From Thermoplasmatota archaeon (GTDB taxonomy: Archaea; Thermoplasmatota; Poseidoniia; Poseidoniales; Thalassarchaeaceae), in contig JAYZLO010000047.1 in the NCBI GenBank assembly GCA_036154175.1, positions 1 through 51,736 on the forward strand: 51,736 nucleotides of DNA, written 5' to 3'. Positions within the stretch are counted from its first letter, which is position 1, and the number at the start of each line of letters is the position of its first letter. A model generated the notes under the pieces. The model was not told the DNA's origin and searched no databases. It saw only the letters and a program-made list of their open reading frames with translations. Both the position numbers and the translations under genes were made by a program. Positions 10,429-19,909 of the stretch are shown here, piece after piece.

Positions 10429-10532
10429 TATTATTCCCACAATCAATCGTAGTTTTCAAGCCATCCACATTTGTAGATAGTAATTAGCTATTGCACAACC
10501 AAAATTAAATTTTCAATATATTATTAGCAATA
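10429..10532. promoter_or_regulatory. AT-rich divergent intergenic region between glyS and lhr (putative TATA/BRE elements)
   Basis: This is the only strongly AT-rich spacer of its size in the window (aaaattaaattttcaatatattattagcaata). No transcription start site can be derived from sequence alone. Confidence 0.25.
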
Positions 10533-13500
10533 TTGAACATTTTGAAGAGAAGCATTCATTTATTCCACCGATTGCCTGAAACGCAAGGTGGGCGGAGAAA
10601 ATTGCCTGAAATTACGTACGTATCAGACATTTCTGAATCTGAGGAGATCCTTTCCAAGCTTTCTGCTCCTGTGAGAAATTGGTTTACAGACAAATTTCCA
10701 GATTTTACTGATCCACAAAAGGTCGCCATTCCACAAATCCTAGATGGAAATCACCTACTTCTTTGCTCGCCAACTGGGTCAGGAAAGACCCTCACTGCCT
10801 TCCTATCAATAATCGATGATCTAGTTCGCAGATCATTAGAGGGATCACTTACTAATTCTGTACAATGTATCTACATATCTCCAATCAAGGCTTTGGCAAA
10901 TGATATTCAGAAAAATCTGATCGGGCCACTTACAGAGATAAAGGAACGTTACTTACCAGGAAGAGCCCAAGAAATCAAGGTAGGCCTCCGCACAGGGGAT
11001 ACTCCTCAGAAGGAAAGGGAGAGGATGCTCCGGAAGCCACCCCATATCCTAATAACAACTCCAGAATCCTTGGGCCTAGCCCTAGCCTCCAAGCGTTTCA
11101 GACCTCTTCTCAATGATCTTAAGTGGTTAATTATTGATGAAATGCACTCCTTGGTCCCGACAAAGAGGGGCACCCATCTATCTCTCAGTCTGGCGTTAAT
11201 GGATGCCGTTATAGAATCGAATGTTCAGAGGATTGGGATTAGCGCGACAATGGAGCCATTGACAGATGTTGCAGAGTTTCTCGTAGCTAGCGATCCTAGA
11301 GAATCTTCTAACTCCCAGAAACAGAGCGTTTCAATTGCGAAAATTTCAGGTTCAAGAAAGCTCGATTTGGACATAGTTCTACCAACTCCCAGATTCACTT
11401 CAATCCCGGTTAAGGAAATTCTCGACCATAATATCGATCGGATCAAGGAACTGGTTGAGGCCCACACAACAACTCTGGTATTTGTTAACACTAGGAATAT
11501 GACCGAGACGTTTGTTCAGAGACTAAAAGTTGCAGGTTTGGAAGGGGTAGAGGGTCACCATGGGTCAATGGATAAAACAATCAGACTAGACGTGGAGCAA
11601 CGTCTCAAAGAAGGCAGATTACGATGTGTCGTCTCATCATCTAGCTTAGAGATGGGTATTGATATAGGCTCAGTGGACTTGGTGGTTCAAGTTGGATCTC
11701 CTGGCTCGATCGCTACTGCTTTGCAGAGGATTGGGAGGGCTGGTCACCAAGTAGGCGGTCTTCCTAGGGCAAGGTTCCTGCCTACTTCGTCCCATGATTT
11801 ACTAGAGATAGTAGCTGTACAAAATGGAATTTTGTCTGGGAATATGGATTTGCTAAAGTTCCCGCAGAATTGTCTAGACGTTCTTGCACAGTTTTTGATA
11901 GGTCTGACAATAATTAGAGAATGGGATATAGATGATGCCTATGAGCTAGTTCAGGCATCATGGCCATATCGTAATCTCCCATACGATGACTATATCGAGG
12001 TCTTAGACCTTCTTGAGGAAGAAAGGAGGTTATGGGTTGATTGGGAGGAAAATAGATTCGGAAAGAGAGGATATGCCCAGATGATATACTATACCAACAT
12101 AGGAACAATCTCTCCAGACAATAATTACCTCGTTTTCACCTCCGATGGGACTTTAGTAGGCCAGCTTTCATCCTCATTCGTTTCAAGTCTTAGGAATGGG
12201 GATGTTTTCCTTCTTGGCGGATCGACATACAGAGTCTCTAGTGTTATCGGAACCAGAGTAAATGTTACTTCCGCAACAGGTTACAGGCCCACCATACCAT
12301 CTTGGACTGGAGAGGCTATGAGTAGAACTAGCGAGCTCAGTAGCGAAGTTCTCGATTTATTGAGCATCCTATCTGTCCAATACCGAACTGGAAATTCAAT
12401 TACCCCTTTCTTGGTAGATATTCTAGGTCTAAACAAACCAGTAGCCAATGCTTTGACGCAATTTTTAGACGAACATTCCGCCACTACCTTCCAAGTTCCC
12501 TCTAAGGATCGAATACTAGTCGAACAGGTCGAAGCACCACTCCCAACCTATGTGGTTACTACTTGTAGGGGTAGGGCATTCAATCTGGCACTGGGTTATC
12601 TCTTTGCAGGGATGGCTTCTAGGGATAACATTACAATCCATGAACTTTCATTTGATGAAAATGGATTCATGGCGAAGCTAAGCCATGAGGTAGAAGTTTC
12701 TTCGATCCCTGCAGTATTTCGTAGTAAGAGTAGTGAAGATGCACTCAACAAATATCTGTTGGAATCCCAACTTTTTGCAAAAAGATTCAGGGAAGTCTCC
12801 TCCAGAAGTATGTTGAATCCAAGAAGAATCGGTGCTGAAGAGGTTAGTCCGAAGCAATTCCAGCAAAAAGCCGAGCAAATCATGAATCGACATAGGACAA
12901 TGGAAGACTCGGTCATAGTAAGGGAGGCTATGAATGAGATACTCACGACTGATCTGGATATGGACCAATTACGTCTTTTCATTGGTAGGATGGATACCGA
13001 AGACGTTCGAATTGTTCATCGGAGAGTAAAAATCCCGTCCCCGCTAGGCTTGACCTTATTCATGTCCTCTTTCGAGGATTTGCTTTCTCTTAGGACTCGT
13101 GCCTACCTCATCAAAGACGTTGATCCAGAGATACTCCGCAGGCTTCTTGGTGCCAGATCATTAGCCACTGATCTCGATAGAGAAAAACTTCAGGAATATT
13201 ACCAATCCAAGGTTTCCGTTCCAAAAAATGCGAATGAGTTACTTAGGCTAATGGATATGGGAGGGGGTCTGGAAAGACAATTAACTCACCCACTTTATAG
13301 TGATAAGTTGAAGGATATTGAATTTGAGACAATGAGGGAATGGGTGCACGAACTCGCTGAGAGGGAACTGATCACCAAGGTCAGGGGCACCGGTCTAGAC
13401 AAGATCGATGGCAAATGGTTCTCAATGAGGATGACCGAAGTCCACGGGACCCTAGGATGTCTTGCTGTGGCAGGGACTGCAGATATGGAAGATTTGAGGG

Positions 13501-15902
13501 AATTGTACACTGGTGGTCTGACATATGAAATTGGAGAAGAATTCGTTGGAGGCAAACCATCTAAGTGGCGAAAGAAGTCTCTTTCTGACCCCATGGATTG
13601 TCTCAGGCTCAAACTTCTGGATATGTTGGGTTCTGAGGGCCCACAGACGATAGATTCTCTTAGCAACCGTCTCCCTTTCCCATCTGCCCAGGTAGAGTCA
13701 GTTCTCCAAGAACTTGAGATGCGCAATCTAGTTTCCATAGGCTTCTTCACTAGGACAGATGAAGGTGAGTTCATCCTAAGAATAGACGAATATCGCATTA
13801 CTGGGGGCGAAGTGAATGTAATTGACTATCGTTCCTTGCAGACTTTGATTCTAAACAAGTCATTTACCAAATTCGATGAACCATCAGATGCAATCAGAAA
13901 TTTAACATTGGTTCAAAGAAGGGAAGAATTGCTTCATAGAGTGAAAAATTACAGGTTTAGAGATTGGAAGGATATCAAACACGATTCAGATGTCTACAAC
14001 GGAAGACTTCTCCACAACAGGGTCGGCTATACTCTTAGCGAGAAACTACCAATGCTGATGGGTCTTCGAGGGGATCCCTGGTTCGGACCTTTAGAGGATG
14101 AACTTCTCGAAAAGATACCAGATGAGGGAATCTCCAGGAATGAGTTGTTTTCCGACTATCCTAAAGGAAAAGAGAACGCTCATATCCAAAGAAGTCTGAA
14201 ATCTGCACTCGCTAATCTGGAGAGGCAATTAGTAGTGGCAAAGCAATATTTAGACGTACCCAACAGAAAGAGATCGATGGCTATTTTTCGCAGACTTCAT
14301 GGCAAAATCAAACCTCTACCATTCAACAAGGCATTATCTCAACTCATTTCCAGTATAGGTCCAGTTCGTCTTCATACTCTTAGGTTATTTGTCTCTAGAC
14401 CTGTGGAGGAGTTGGCAGACTCGCTCAGAGAATTAGAGAGGAGAGGCTCCATAGTCAGGGTTGTCGCCCTCCAACCCGACCCAACAGATTATTACGCCTC
14501 ACCAGAAGATTCTGAAAAGCTGCTTTCTCTAATCCCAGAAGACAGGAAGATGCGGATTCTTTCTCAGTCTGATCCATTCAGTAGTAGGTTTATTCAAGAA
14601 GTTAGACTTCTCCTAAAACAGGGCTGGTATTATCCAGTTTTCAAGGGCGTTGACCCAATCGGTCGAGTCCTAATGTTTGTCGTAAATGACTACCTGGAAA
14701 TTAAGGATATCAATATCCCACACTCTTACTTGGACGACTTCAAGGAAACCTTTGCCGAGCTCTTGGAGAACTATCGAGACAGGCTTGTAGACGTGTCAGT
14801 TCTTCATTCATTTAACGGAGTCCCAGTACATGACTGCGATGAAAATATCCAGCAAATCCTCTCAGATCTAGGATTCTCTTCTATGGGGGATGGAGAGAGG
14901 TACATTAGGGGAGGAGTTGTAGAGCCAAGGTCTAGGAACCAAATCAACAGGATGCTTTTCTTTCATCACTCCCTACATCAGAATAGTAGGTGGGAGAATG
15001 AGACGATTGCACTGGAGCACGCTATCGAGCTTAGGGATGACTTCTCATTGAGGGGTCGCTGTGAGATGTTCCGAGTGAATCTGGACTCTATGGTTGCTGC
15101 TCACCAGCTACACCAAGGGTCAAATCTCCGTGGTCATCTTGTATGGGCCCGATATCCACATTTTCAGAGACTTTTAGCGATTAGAAACGTGCCAATATTC
15201 CCCGAGGACGAAGAAGTAATACAATTCTTTAGAGAAAACAATGATCCGGATCTGTACATGGATAGAAATGCAATTTCTAGATCGGAATTTAGGAAAATTG
15301 TCTCTCCTATGGTGAGAAGTGGGCATCTAATTCAAGATTATCGAGGAGGATTCAAAACTGTCGAGCCCCTACATAATGTGGACCTGTGGGAAATAAAGAG
15401 AGATTACTTGAGGGAACTGGTTCAGGATTATCCAGTTATAACTCTAAAGCAGGTTGAGAGGTTGGCCGGGTCTTCGTTTACAGCCGAAGAGATTAGCGAC
15501 GTCATGCATGACTTCGAGAAAGATGGTACTTTGATCAAGGGATTCTTGGTAGATGACCTGCAAGATATTTGCTGGGGAAGGCTAGACATGTTAGAGGGAC
15601 TAGAGTCCATTAATCGTACTCGCGACTTGGTTGTCCCCCCATCCGATCCACTGATACACTATTTCGGAAGTCTTCTTAGGGAGAGATTCGGTTTTGGTTC
15701 GGCTTATCTCGTATTTCACAAGGAGGAGCCGATTGCTGCATTCAAGGCAAATACTAGAAACGATAAGATCGAGTTAACTGATTTCGTGGGAGATTCAGAA
15801 CTAGAAAAGGAAGCAATTAGAGTGATGAAGGAATTTGCTTGGGAACATGATATGCCACTATCCGGCAAGCTCTTCAACAGAATCAGATCAAGAATTGTCT
15901 GA
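10533..15902 (+). CDS. lhr: Large Lhr-family DExH helicase with a roughly 900-aa C-terminal extension (full-length, bacterial-type Lhr architecture)
   Basis: Helicase motifs occur in Lhr order: SPTGSGKTLTAF, IIDEMHSL, GISATM, HHGSM, SSSSLEMGIDIGSVDLVVQVGSP, LQRIGRAGH. Two AlkZ/YcaQ-like blocks lie in the C-terminus (see findings). The start is uncertain: TTG 10533 is the first candidate. Confidence 0.85.
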   Translation: MNILKRSIHLFHRLPETQGGRRKLPEITYVSDISESEEILSKLSAPVRNWFTDKFPDFTDPQKVAIPQILDGNHLLLCSPTGSGKTLTAFLSIIDDLVRRSLEGSLTNSVQCIYISPIKALANDIQKNLIGPLTEIKERYLPGRAQEIKVGLRTGDTPQKERERMLRKPPHILITTPESLGLALASKRFRPLLNDLKWLIIDEMHSLVPTKRGTHLSLSLALMDAVIESNVQRIGISATMEPLTDVAEFLVASDPRESSNSQKQSVSIAKISGSRKLDLDIVLPTPRFTSIPVKEILDHNIDRIKELVEAHTTTLVFVNTRNMTETFVQRLKVAGLEGVEGHHGSMDKTIRLDVEQRLKEGRLRCVVSSSSLEMGIDIGSVDLVVQVGSPGSIATALQRIGRAGHQVGGLPRARFLPTSSHDLLEIVAVQNGILSGNMDLLKFPQNCLDVLAQFLIGLTIIREWDIDDAYELVQASWPYRNLPYDDYIEVLDLLEEERRLWVDWEENRFGKRGYAQMIYYTNIGTISPDNNYLVFTSDGTLVGQLSSSFVSSLRNGDVFLLGGSTYRVSSVIGTRVNVTSATGYRPTIPSWTGEAMSRTSELSSEVLDLLSILSVQYRTGNSITPFLVDILGLNKPVANALTQFLDEHSATTFQVPSKDRILVEQVEAPLPTYVVTTCRGRAFNLALGYLFAGMASRDNITIHELSFDENGFMAKLSHEVEVSSIPAVFRSKSSEDALNKYLLESQLFAKRFREVSSRSMLNPRRIGAEEVSPKQFQQKAEQIMNRHRTMEDSVIVREAMNEILTTDLDMDQLRLFIGRMDTEDVRIVHRRVKIPSPLGLTLFMSSFEDLLSLRTRAYLIKDVDPEILRRLLGARSLATDLDREKLQEYYQSKVSVPKNANELLRLMDMGGGLERQLTHPLYSDKLKDIEFETMREWVHELAERELITKVRGTGLDKIDGKWFSMRMTEVHGTLGCLAVAGTADMEDLRELYTGGLTYEIGEEFVGGKPSKWRKKSLSDPMDCLRLKLLDMLGSEGPQTIDSLSNRLPFPSAQVESVLQELEMRNLVSIGFFTRTDEGEFILRIDEYRITGGEVNVIDYRSLQTLILNKSFTKFDEPSDAIRNLTLVQRREELLHRVKNYRFRDWKDIKHDSDVYNGRLLHNRVGYTLSEKLPMLMGLRGDPWFGPLEDELLEKIPDEGISRNELFSDYPKGKENAHIQRSLKSALANLERQLVVAKQYLDVPNRKRSMAIFRRLHGKIKPLPFNKALSQLISSIGPVRLHTLRLFVSRPVEELADSLRELERRGSIVRVVALQPDPTDYYASPEDSEKLLSLIPEDRKMRILSQSDPFSSRFIQEVRLLLKQGWYYPVFKGVDPIGRVLMFVVNDYLEIKDINIPHSYLDDFKETFAELLENYRDRLVDVSVLHSFNGVPVHDCDENIQQILSDLGFSSMGDGERYIRGGVVEPRSRNQINRMLFFHHSLHQNSRWENETIALEHAIELRDDFSLRGRCEMFRVNLDSMVAAHQLHQGSNLRGHLVWARYPHFQRLLAIRNVPIFPEDEEVIQFFRENNDPDLYMDRNAISRSEFRKIVSPMVRSGHLIQDYRGGFKTVEPLHNVDLWEIKRDYLRELVQDYPVITLKQVERLAGSSFTAEEISDVMHDFEKDGTLIKGFLVDDLQDICWGRLDMLEGLESINRTRDLVVPPSDPLIHYFGSLLRERFGFGSAYLVFHKEEPIAAFKANTRNDKIELTDFVGDSELEKEAIRVMKEFAWEHDMPLSGKLFNRIRSRIV

Positions 15903-16913
15903 CTCTTTTTTCTTCTGTCCGGTAGCGACCAATATTGGCCTCATAGTCTTCATGATATGTCTGTGGAGCTCTGGAAGGAGGTCGAAAAGAGCTATTGCCA
16001 TCAAGAACATTGCGAAAAGACTGGCAATCTTCGCAGCATAACTGTGTGCGAAGTCGAACATCCCTATCCCCCCCAGACTCCAGTTTGGATATGTGTCAGT
16101 AAGCCAGACAATCCCCGCATTTCTAAACACATTTAGTACGTGGATTGTGGGGATTGCAATCATTAGAGCTCTAGCCCTACGCTTCCAAGAAACTGAACTC
16201 AGAGCGACTATCGCGCCGATAAAAACAGCCATCGATTGTAAAGCAGAACAAGCTAGGATAAATGAAACCACACCTTCTCCCTCACTATTGGCCATAGGAG
16301 CAAAGAATCCACCCTCGCCCAATGGCTCGCTTAGGAAAATTCTACTTCCTTCCCATTCAGATACTGGAATGGCTTCTTTCCCATACCTCTCGATCATCAT
16401 TGGACCAATTTCATAGCCACCCAAACCCACGAAATCTAGTAGAATATTGGCGCTAACTGCAGTTAAGTGTACAAACGCCATATTTAGGTATGGAATCCCG
16501 AAAACCAAGTAATATGGAATCATCGACCACACTACAAAACCCCTCATCCAGATGATTGTATCCACACTAGAGCCATCATTTTTCCATTCCCATATTGATA
16601 CCGCAAAACCCGCAGGTAAAGCCGAAGCAGTCATAAAAATTAGAACCGGATCTGAAATCTCGACATAATGGCCCGAATATAGATAAAAGAACAGTCCGAT
16701 TAGTGGCCAGCCAGAAACTGCAAAAAATCTGGAATAATCTTGCGAACTCTTATGGAAACCTATGCCTAGGAAGCATAGCCCTATGGCCCCAATAACTAGT
16801 TGTAGCGTCACTTCTGACATCCCAAGAGTAGAGGAAAAATCCTCTATCGCCGACGCAACTGGGTCCTCCACGACCTCCTTGCTTTCATCAACCCGTAAAT
16901 ATGATGCCCTCAT
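15888..16913 (-). CDS. Archaeosortase/exosortase-family membrane transpeptidase (putative)
   Basis: Polytopic protein with LTAVSANILLDFVGLGG, then ILACSALQSMAVFIG (candidate catalytic Cys), RRARAL...IHVLNVFRNAGIVW (Arg/Asn block) and FDFAHSYAAKI (His). Order and spacing match the exosortase/archaeosortase family. The true start may be the internal Met at 16820. Confidence 0.6.
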   Translation of the reverse strand: MRASYLRVDESKEVVEDPVASAIEDFSSTLGMSEVTLQLVIGAIGLCFLGIGFHKSSQDYSRFFAVSGWPLIGLFFYLYSGHYVEISDPVLIFMTASALPAGFAVSIWEWKNDGSSVDTIIWMRGFVVWSMIPYYLVFGIPYLNMAFVHLTAVSANILLDFVGLGGYEIGPMMIERYGKEAIPVSEWEGSRIFLSEPLGEGGFFAPMANSEGEGVVSFILACSALQSMAVFIGAIVALSSVSWKRRARALMIAIPTIHVLNVFRNAGIVWLTDTYPNWSLGGIGMFDFAHSYAAKIASLFAMFLMAIALFDLLPELHRHIMKTMRPILVATGQKKKESDNS

Positions 16914-17497
16914 CCGAATCGACTAGTATGGGTTTCGACTTCGGAGAATTCGCTGACGATTATATTGCCTCCCTAATGCATACTCTAGAAAATTTTCCAA
17001 CCTCTAGCGTTGAAAAATTCTGGTTTTTGGTAGAGGATGCGAGATCAAGAGGATCAACAGTTCACTTCATCGGTAACGGCGGTAGTGCAGGAACCCCATC
17101 TCATAGCGCTGGTGATTGGTCGAAAGAACTCAGATTAAAGACGATATCACACGTGGACAATGCTTCATCACTTACTGCATGGGCCAATGATGCAGATTAC
17201 GAAAGTATTTTTGTCGGACAGTTAGAGACCTTCCTCAATCTAGGAGATTTAGTCGTCGCTTTCAGCGGCTCAGGCAACTCAAAAAATATCTTGAACGGCA
17301 TCAAATATGCATCACAAAATGGCTGTAAGACTGTAGGCGTCACTGGAGATTATAATGGAATGGGAGGGGGCGAGCTAGCACAAATAGTAGATTTGCCAAT
17401 TGTTATTCCTTCGGATTCAATGGAGAGGATAGAAGACATGCAATTGGTGATTAATCATATTATCAAAGAGGCGGTTAAGTCCAATAACGGGCTGTGA
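16901..17497 (+). CDS. gmhA: SIS-domain sedoheptulose-7-phosphate isomerase (GmhA-like)
   Basis: VHFIGNGGSAGTPSHSAGDW, AFSGSGNSKNI, VTGDYNG and IEDMQLVINHII parallel the GmhA motif order. The start may be ATG 16928, which avoids overlap with the divergent gene. Confidence 0.75.
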   Translation: MMPSSESTSMGFDFGEFADDYIASLMHTLENFPTSSVEKFWFLVEDARSRGSTVHFIGNGGSAGTPSHSAGDWSKELRLKTISHVDNASSLTAWANDADYESIFVGQLETFLNLGDLVVAFSGSGNSKNILNGIKYASQNGCKTVGVTGDYNGMGGGELAQIVDLPIVIPSDSMERIEDMQLVINHIIKEAVKSNNGL

Positions 17498-17501
17498 GAA
17501 A

Positions 17502-18140
17502 ATGCACCTGCCCCATAGACACGACTCTGCTCTTGATGATGAATTGATATTGCAAGACCTCCCATCCGGAGAGCCATGGTCCGGTAAAATTGCATTTCTC
17601 GACAGGGATGGTGTCCTGAATAGGTGGTCTGAAAATTACATCAATACTCCTGATGAATTGCTACTCCTGCCAGATGCAGCAAAATCTGTTGGAATGCTGA
17701 AGAGGGCGGGTTTCAGGATTTGTGTAGTGACCAATCAGTCGCCTATCGGGAGAGGGATGTGGGGGCACGATGTCCTCAGTTCAATACATCGTAAACTCCA
17801 GGAACTATTGGCGGGAGAAGATCAAGATGCCATAATTGACTTGATCCTATACAGCCCCTATTCGCCAGAGGATGAATCATGGGCACGAAAACCAAACCCT
17901 GGAATGCTTGAGGTTGGAAGGCAATTATTGGATGCAGCTCATAACTCGGAATCCAATGGTATCCGGTTGTTACTAGGGCCAAAATGGTTAGACAGGCCCG
18001 ATGAAGATTCTTCTTTCATGGTAGGCGACCAACAATCTGACATTTTTGCTGCAAACAGATATGGTGTAAGGGGAATCAGATGCGATACAGAAGTTGGCTT
18101 AGGGGGAGTAATCACACAGATTTTGGAAATTCAGGAATGA
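17502..18140 (+). CDS. gmhB: D,D-heptose 1,7-bisphosphate phosphatase-like HAD-IIIA hydrolase (GmhB-like)
   Basis: HAD motifs FLDRDGVLN, VVTNQSPIGRG, RKPNPGML and MVGDQQSDIFAA are present. Confidence 0.78.
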   Translation: MHLPHRHDSALDDELILQDLPSGEPWSGKIAFLDRDGVLNRWSENYINTPDELLLLPDAAKSVGMLKRAGFRICVVTNQSPIGRGMWGHDVLSSIHRKLQELLAGEDQDAIIDLILYSPYSPEDESWARKPNPGMLEVGRQLLDAAHNSESNGIRLLLGPKWLDRPDEDSSFMVGDQQSDIFAANRYGVRGIRCDTEVGLGGVITQILEIQE

Positions 18141-19390
18141 TCCCAATGATGCTGCGAATCGGATTAGACGATACTGACCATATAGAAGTAGGCTGTACAA
18201 CAAAGACTATGGACGATTTCATTAGTCATATAGCATCAAATCTTGAAGTTACGATAATTGAGAGGAGACTAGTCAGACTATGGCCCTTTGCAAGAAGGAG
18301 GACGAGGGGTAATGGGGCCTTGGGAGTAATTGTAGAAATCAACTCTTCATCATTCGATGAGTTTGTGTCAACCAGTAAGGTATGGTTCTCCCAATTGATA
18401 GATACCATTAGTAAATACCCAAATTCTGGACTTCTACCCTCGCCAGTCATGGTAATCTCTACTGAGATCGTTCCAGAGGAATGGTATTGGGATGCAGTAA
18501 GAAACGAAGTTGATCATAAATTGATGATGGATAATGCGCTCGAATACAACTGTGAGATCCTGTATTCTCAAACATTTTTTGGGGTTGTAGGCGCCTGCGC
18601 CGCAATATCTTGGAATCCAGGGCATTATTCTTCCTGGGAGTTAATTGCTTGGCGTAAAGAAGAAGCCATCGGAAGTCCAAGAAAGGTTAGTAGCGAAGCA
18701 GTATTTGGGCTAGAGGAAAATCATAAAGAAACATTCCTCAATAGGGATCCAACAAAAGGAAAGGGAATGATCGCACCGAGAACCCCATGTCCGGTTCTAT
18801 ATGGAATACGGGGTACTTCTGAGATCTCCGTTTCTAATGCTCACCATTGGTTACAGAAAAGATCTGATGTGGAGGAGAGCATCGTTTATGCAACACATAG
18901 GACGAATCAACTAAGCGATGACCACATCGTTTCGATAAAAAGTGGCACCGTCACTAGAATTGCCAAAGAGACTAAAGGAGGACATGCGGATATCACAGTA
19001 TTTTCATCTGGGAAGGCCCTCAATTTAGTAGCATTTAATGAAGGAGGTCCAGTTAATTCTCTGTTGAGAAAATTGGAACCCGGAGACTTAGTCAGCTGGG
19101 CTGGTTTGACTGCCCCCGACGGTTCTATTCATCTAGAAAGACTAAGATTGGATAACGCTACTCCGAGGATTTCGAGTAGACCTATTTGTTGCTCTAGAAC
19201 CATGAGGAGTGCGGGGAAGGGCCAGAAACTCAGATGTGATGACTGCGGCAGGATGGAGAGAAAGATTTGGTTGTGTTCTGATAAGTTAACTCATTTTGGC
19301 CATAAAGAAGGGTTATGGGTAGAACCGTCCGCCTCAAATCGGAGACATTTGTCAAGGCCCCTATCTCACGGTAATCCGGGGACAATATGA
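18137..19390 (+). CDS. tiaS: tRNA(Ile2) 2-agmatinylcytidine synthetase TiaS
   Basis: RIGLDDTDHIEVGCTT N-terminal signature and a C-terminal Zn ribbon CCSRTMRSAGKGQKLRCDDCG. I prefer ATG 18137, which overlaps the gmhB stop as ATGA, over the ORF-track start 18080. Confidence 0.85.
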   Translation: MIPMMLRIGLDDTDHIEVGCTTKTMDDFISHIASNLEVTIIERRLVRLWPFARRRTRGNGALGVIVEINSSSFDEFVSTSKVWFSQLIDTISKYPNSGLLPSPVMVISTEIVPEEWYWDAVRNEVDHKLMMDNALEYNCEILYSQTFFGVVGACAAISWNPGHYSSWELIAWRKEEAIGSPRKVSSEAVFGLEENHKETFLNRDPTKGKGMIAPRTPCPVLYGIRGTSEISVSNAHHWLQKRSDVEESIVYATHRTNQLSDDHIVSIKSGTVTRIAKETKGGHADITVFSSGKALNLVAFNEGGPVNSLLRKLEPGDLVSWAGLTAPDGSIHLERLRLDNATPRISSRPICCSRTMRSAGKGQKLRCDDCGRMERKIWLCSDKLTHFGHKEGLWVEPSASNRRHLSRPLSHGNPGTI

Positions 19391-19414
19391 TACATTACAG
19401 GGGTATCCGGATAT

Positions 19415-19654
19415 ATGACGACAGCGATGGAAGTATTGCCCATATTGGCTGTTATGATTGCCATAGCCGGGTATCTGATATGGACGATTACTAACATCAG
19501 ACAACGTAGATTGAAATTTGCCGCAGAGGGCGGGGACAGCTATAGAGGTGAGGCAAAGGAACCAGAAGCTCTAATGAAACCCGATGAGGAGGCACTGGAG
19601 CAAATGGGGGAACTACTGGAGCAAGCAGGTCTGTCTTTGCCAGAAGAGGAATAG
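19415..19654 (+). CDS. Small protein with an N-terminal TM helix and acidic tail, unknown function
   Basis: 79-aa ORF with one clear TM segment (VLPILAVMIAIAGYLIWTI) and no recognisable family. Confidence 0.4.
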   Translation: MTTAMEVLPILAVMIAIAGYLIWTITNIRQRRLKFAAEGGDSYRGEAKEPEALMKPDEEALEQMGELLEQAGLSLPEEE

Positions 19655-19666
19655 GCGTAAGAATAA

Positions 19667-19909
19667 TTGCCAAAACCCCCTGCCAAAATTGTGTCGAAGG
19701 ATTCTGGCAAGGTAGAAAGGATGCCTCGAAGGGAACCTCCTGAGTTCGAGAATTCCGACAAATCTCTGTTCGGGGCAATTCTTGATGACGGATTCTTCAA
19801 TGTCGCATTAAACGATTCAAATCAGTATGGCCCTCATGCCATGATAGTGCTTCTATTTGCTGTGGCTACCGTTACGGCGATAGTCCTGTTAATTCCAACC
19901 TTATTCTAA
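19667..19909 (+). CDS. Small tail-anchored protein, unknown function
   Basis: 80-aa ORF (TTG start; ATG alternative at 19721) with a C-terminal TM segment AMIVLLFAVATVTAIVLLIP. It overlaps the purB stop by 9 nt. Confidence 0.35.
   Translation: MPKPPAKIVSKDSGKVERMPRREPPEFENSDKSLFGAILDDGFFNVALNDSNQYGPHAMIVLLFAVATVTAIVLLIPTLF

Noticed and set aside
10533-15902. An intein as an explanation for the unusual length of Lhr; also considered for RFC-L, aEF-2, GlyRS and PriS
   Set aside because: The helicase motifs are contiguous with normal spacing. I saw no Cys/Ser-start with His-Asn-end splicing junctions or LAGLIDADG-type blocks. The extra length is a C-terminal extension with its own repeated modules.
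19880-19909. C-terminal ...LLIPTLF of the 80-aa ORF, as a possible IPTL-CTERM/archaeosortase sorting signal near the archaeosortase-like gene
   Set aside because: Sorting signals have the motif first, then a TM helix, then basic residues. Here the TM helix precedes the motif, which sits at the extreme C-terminus with no basic tail.
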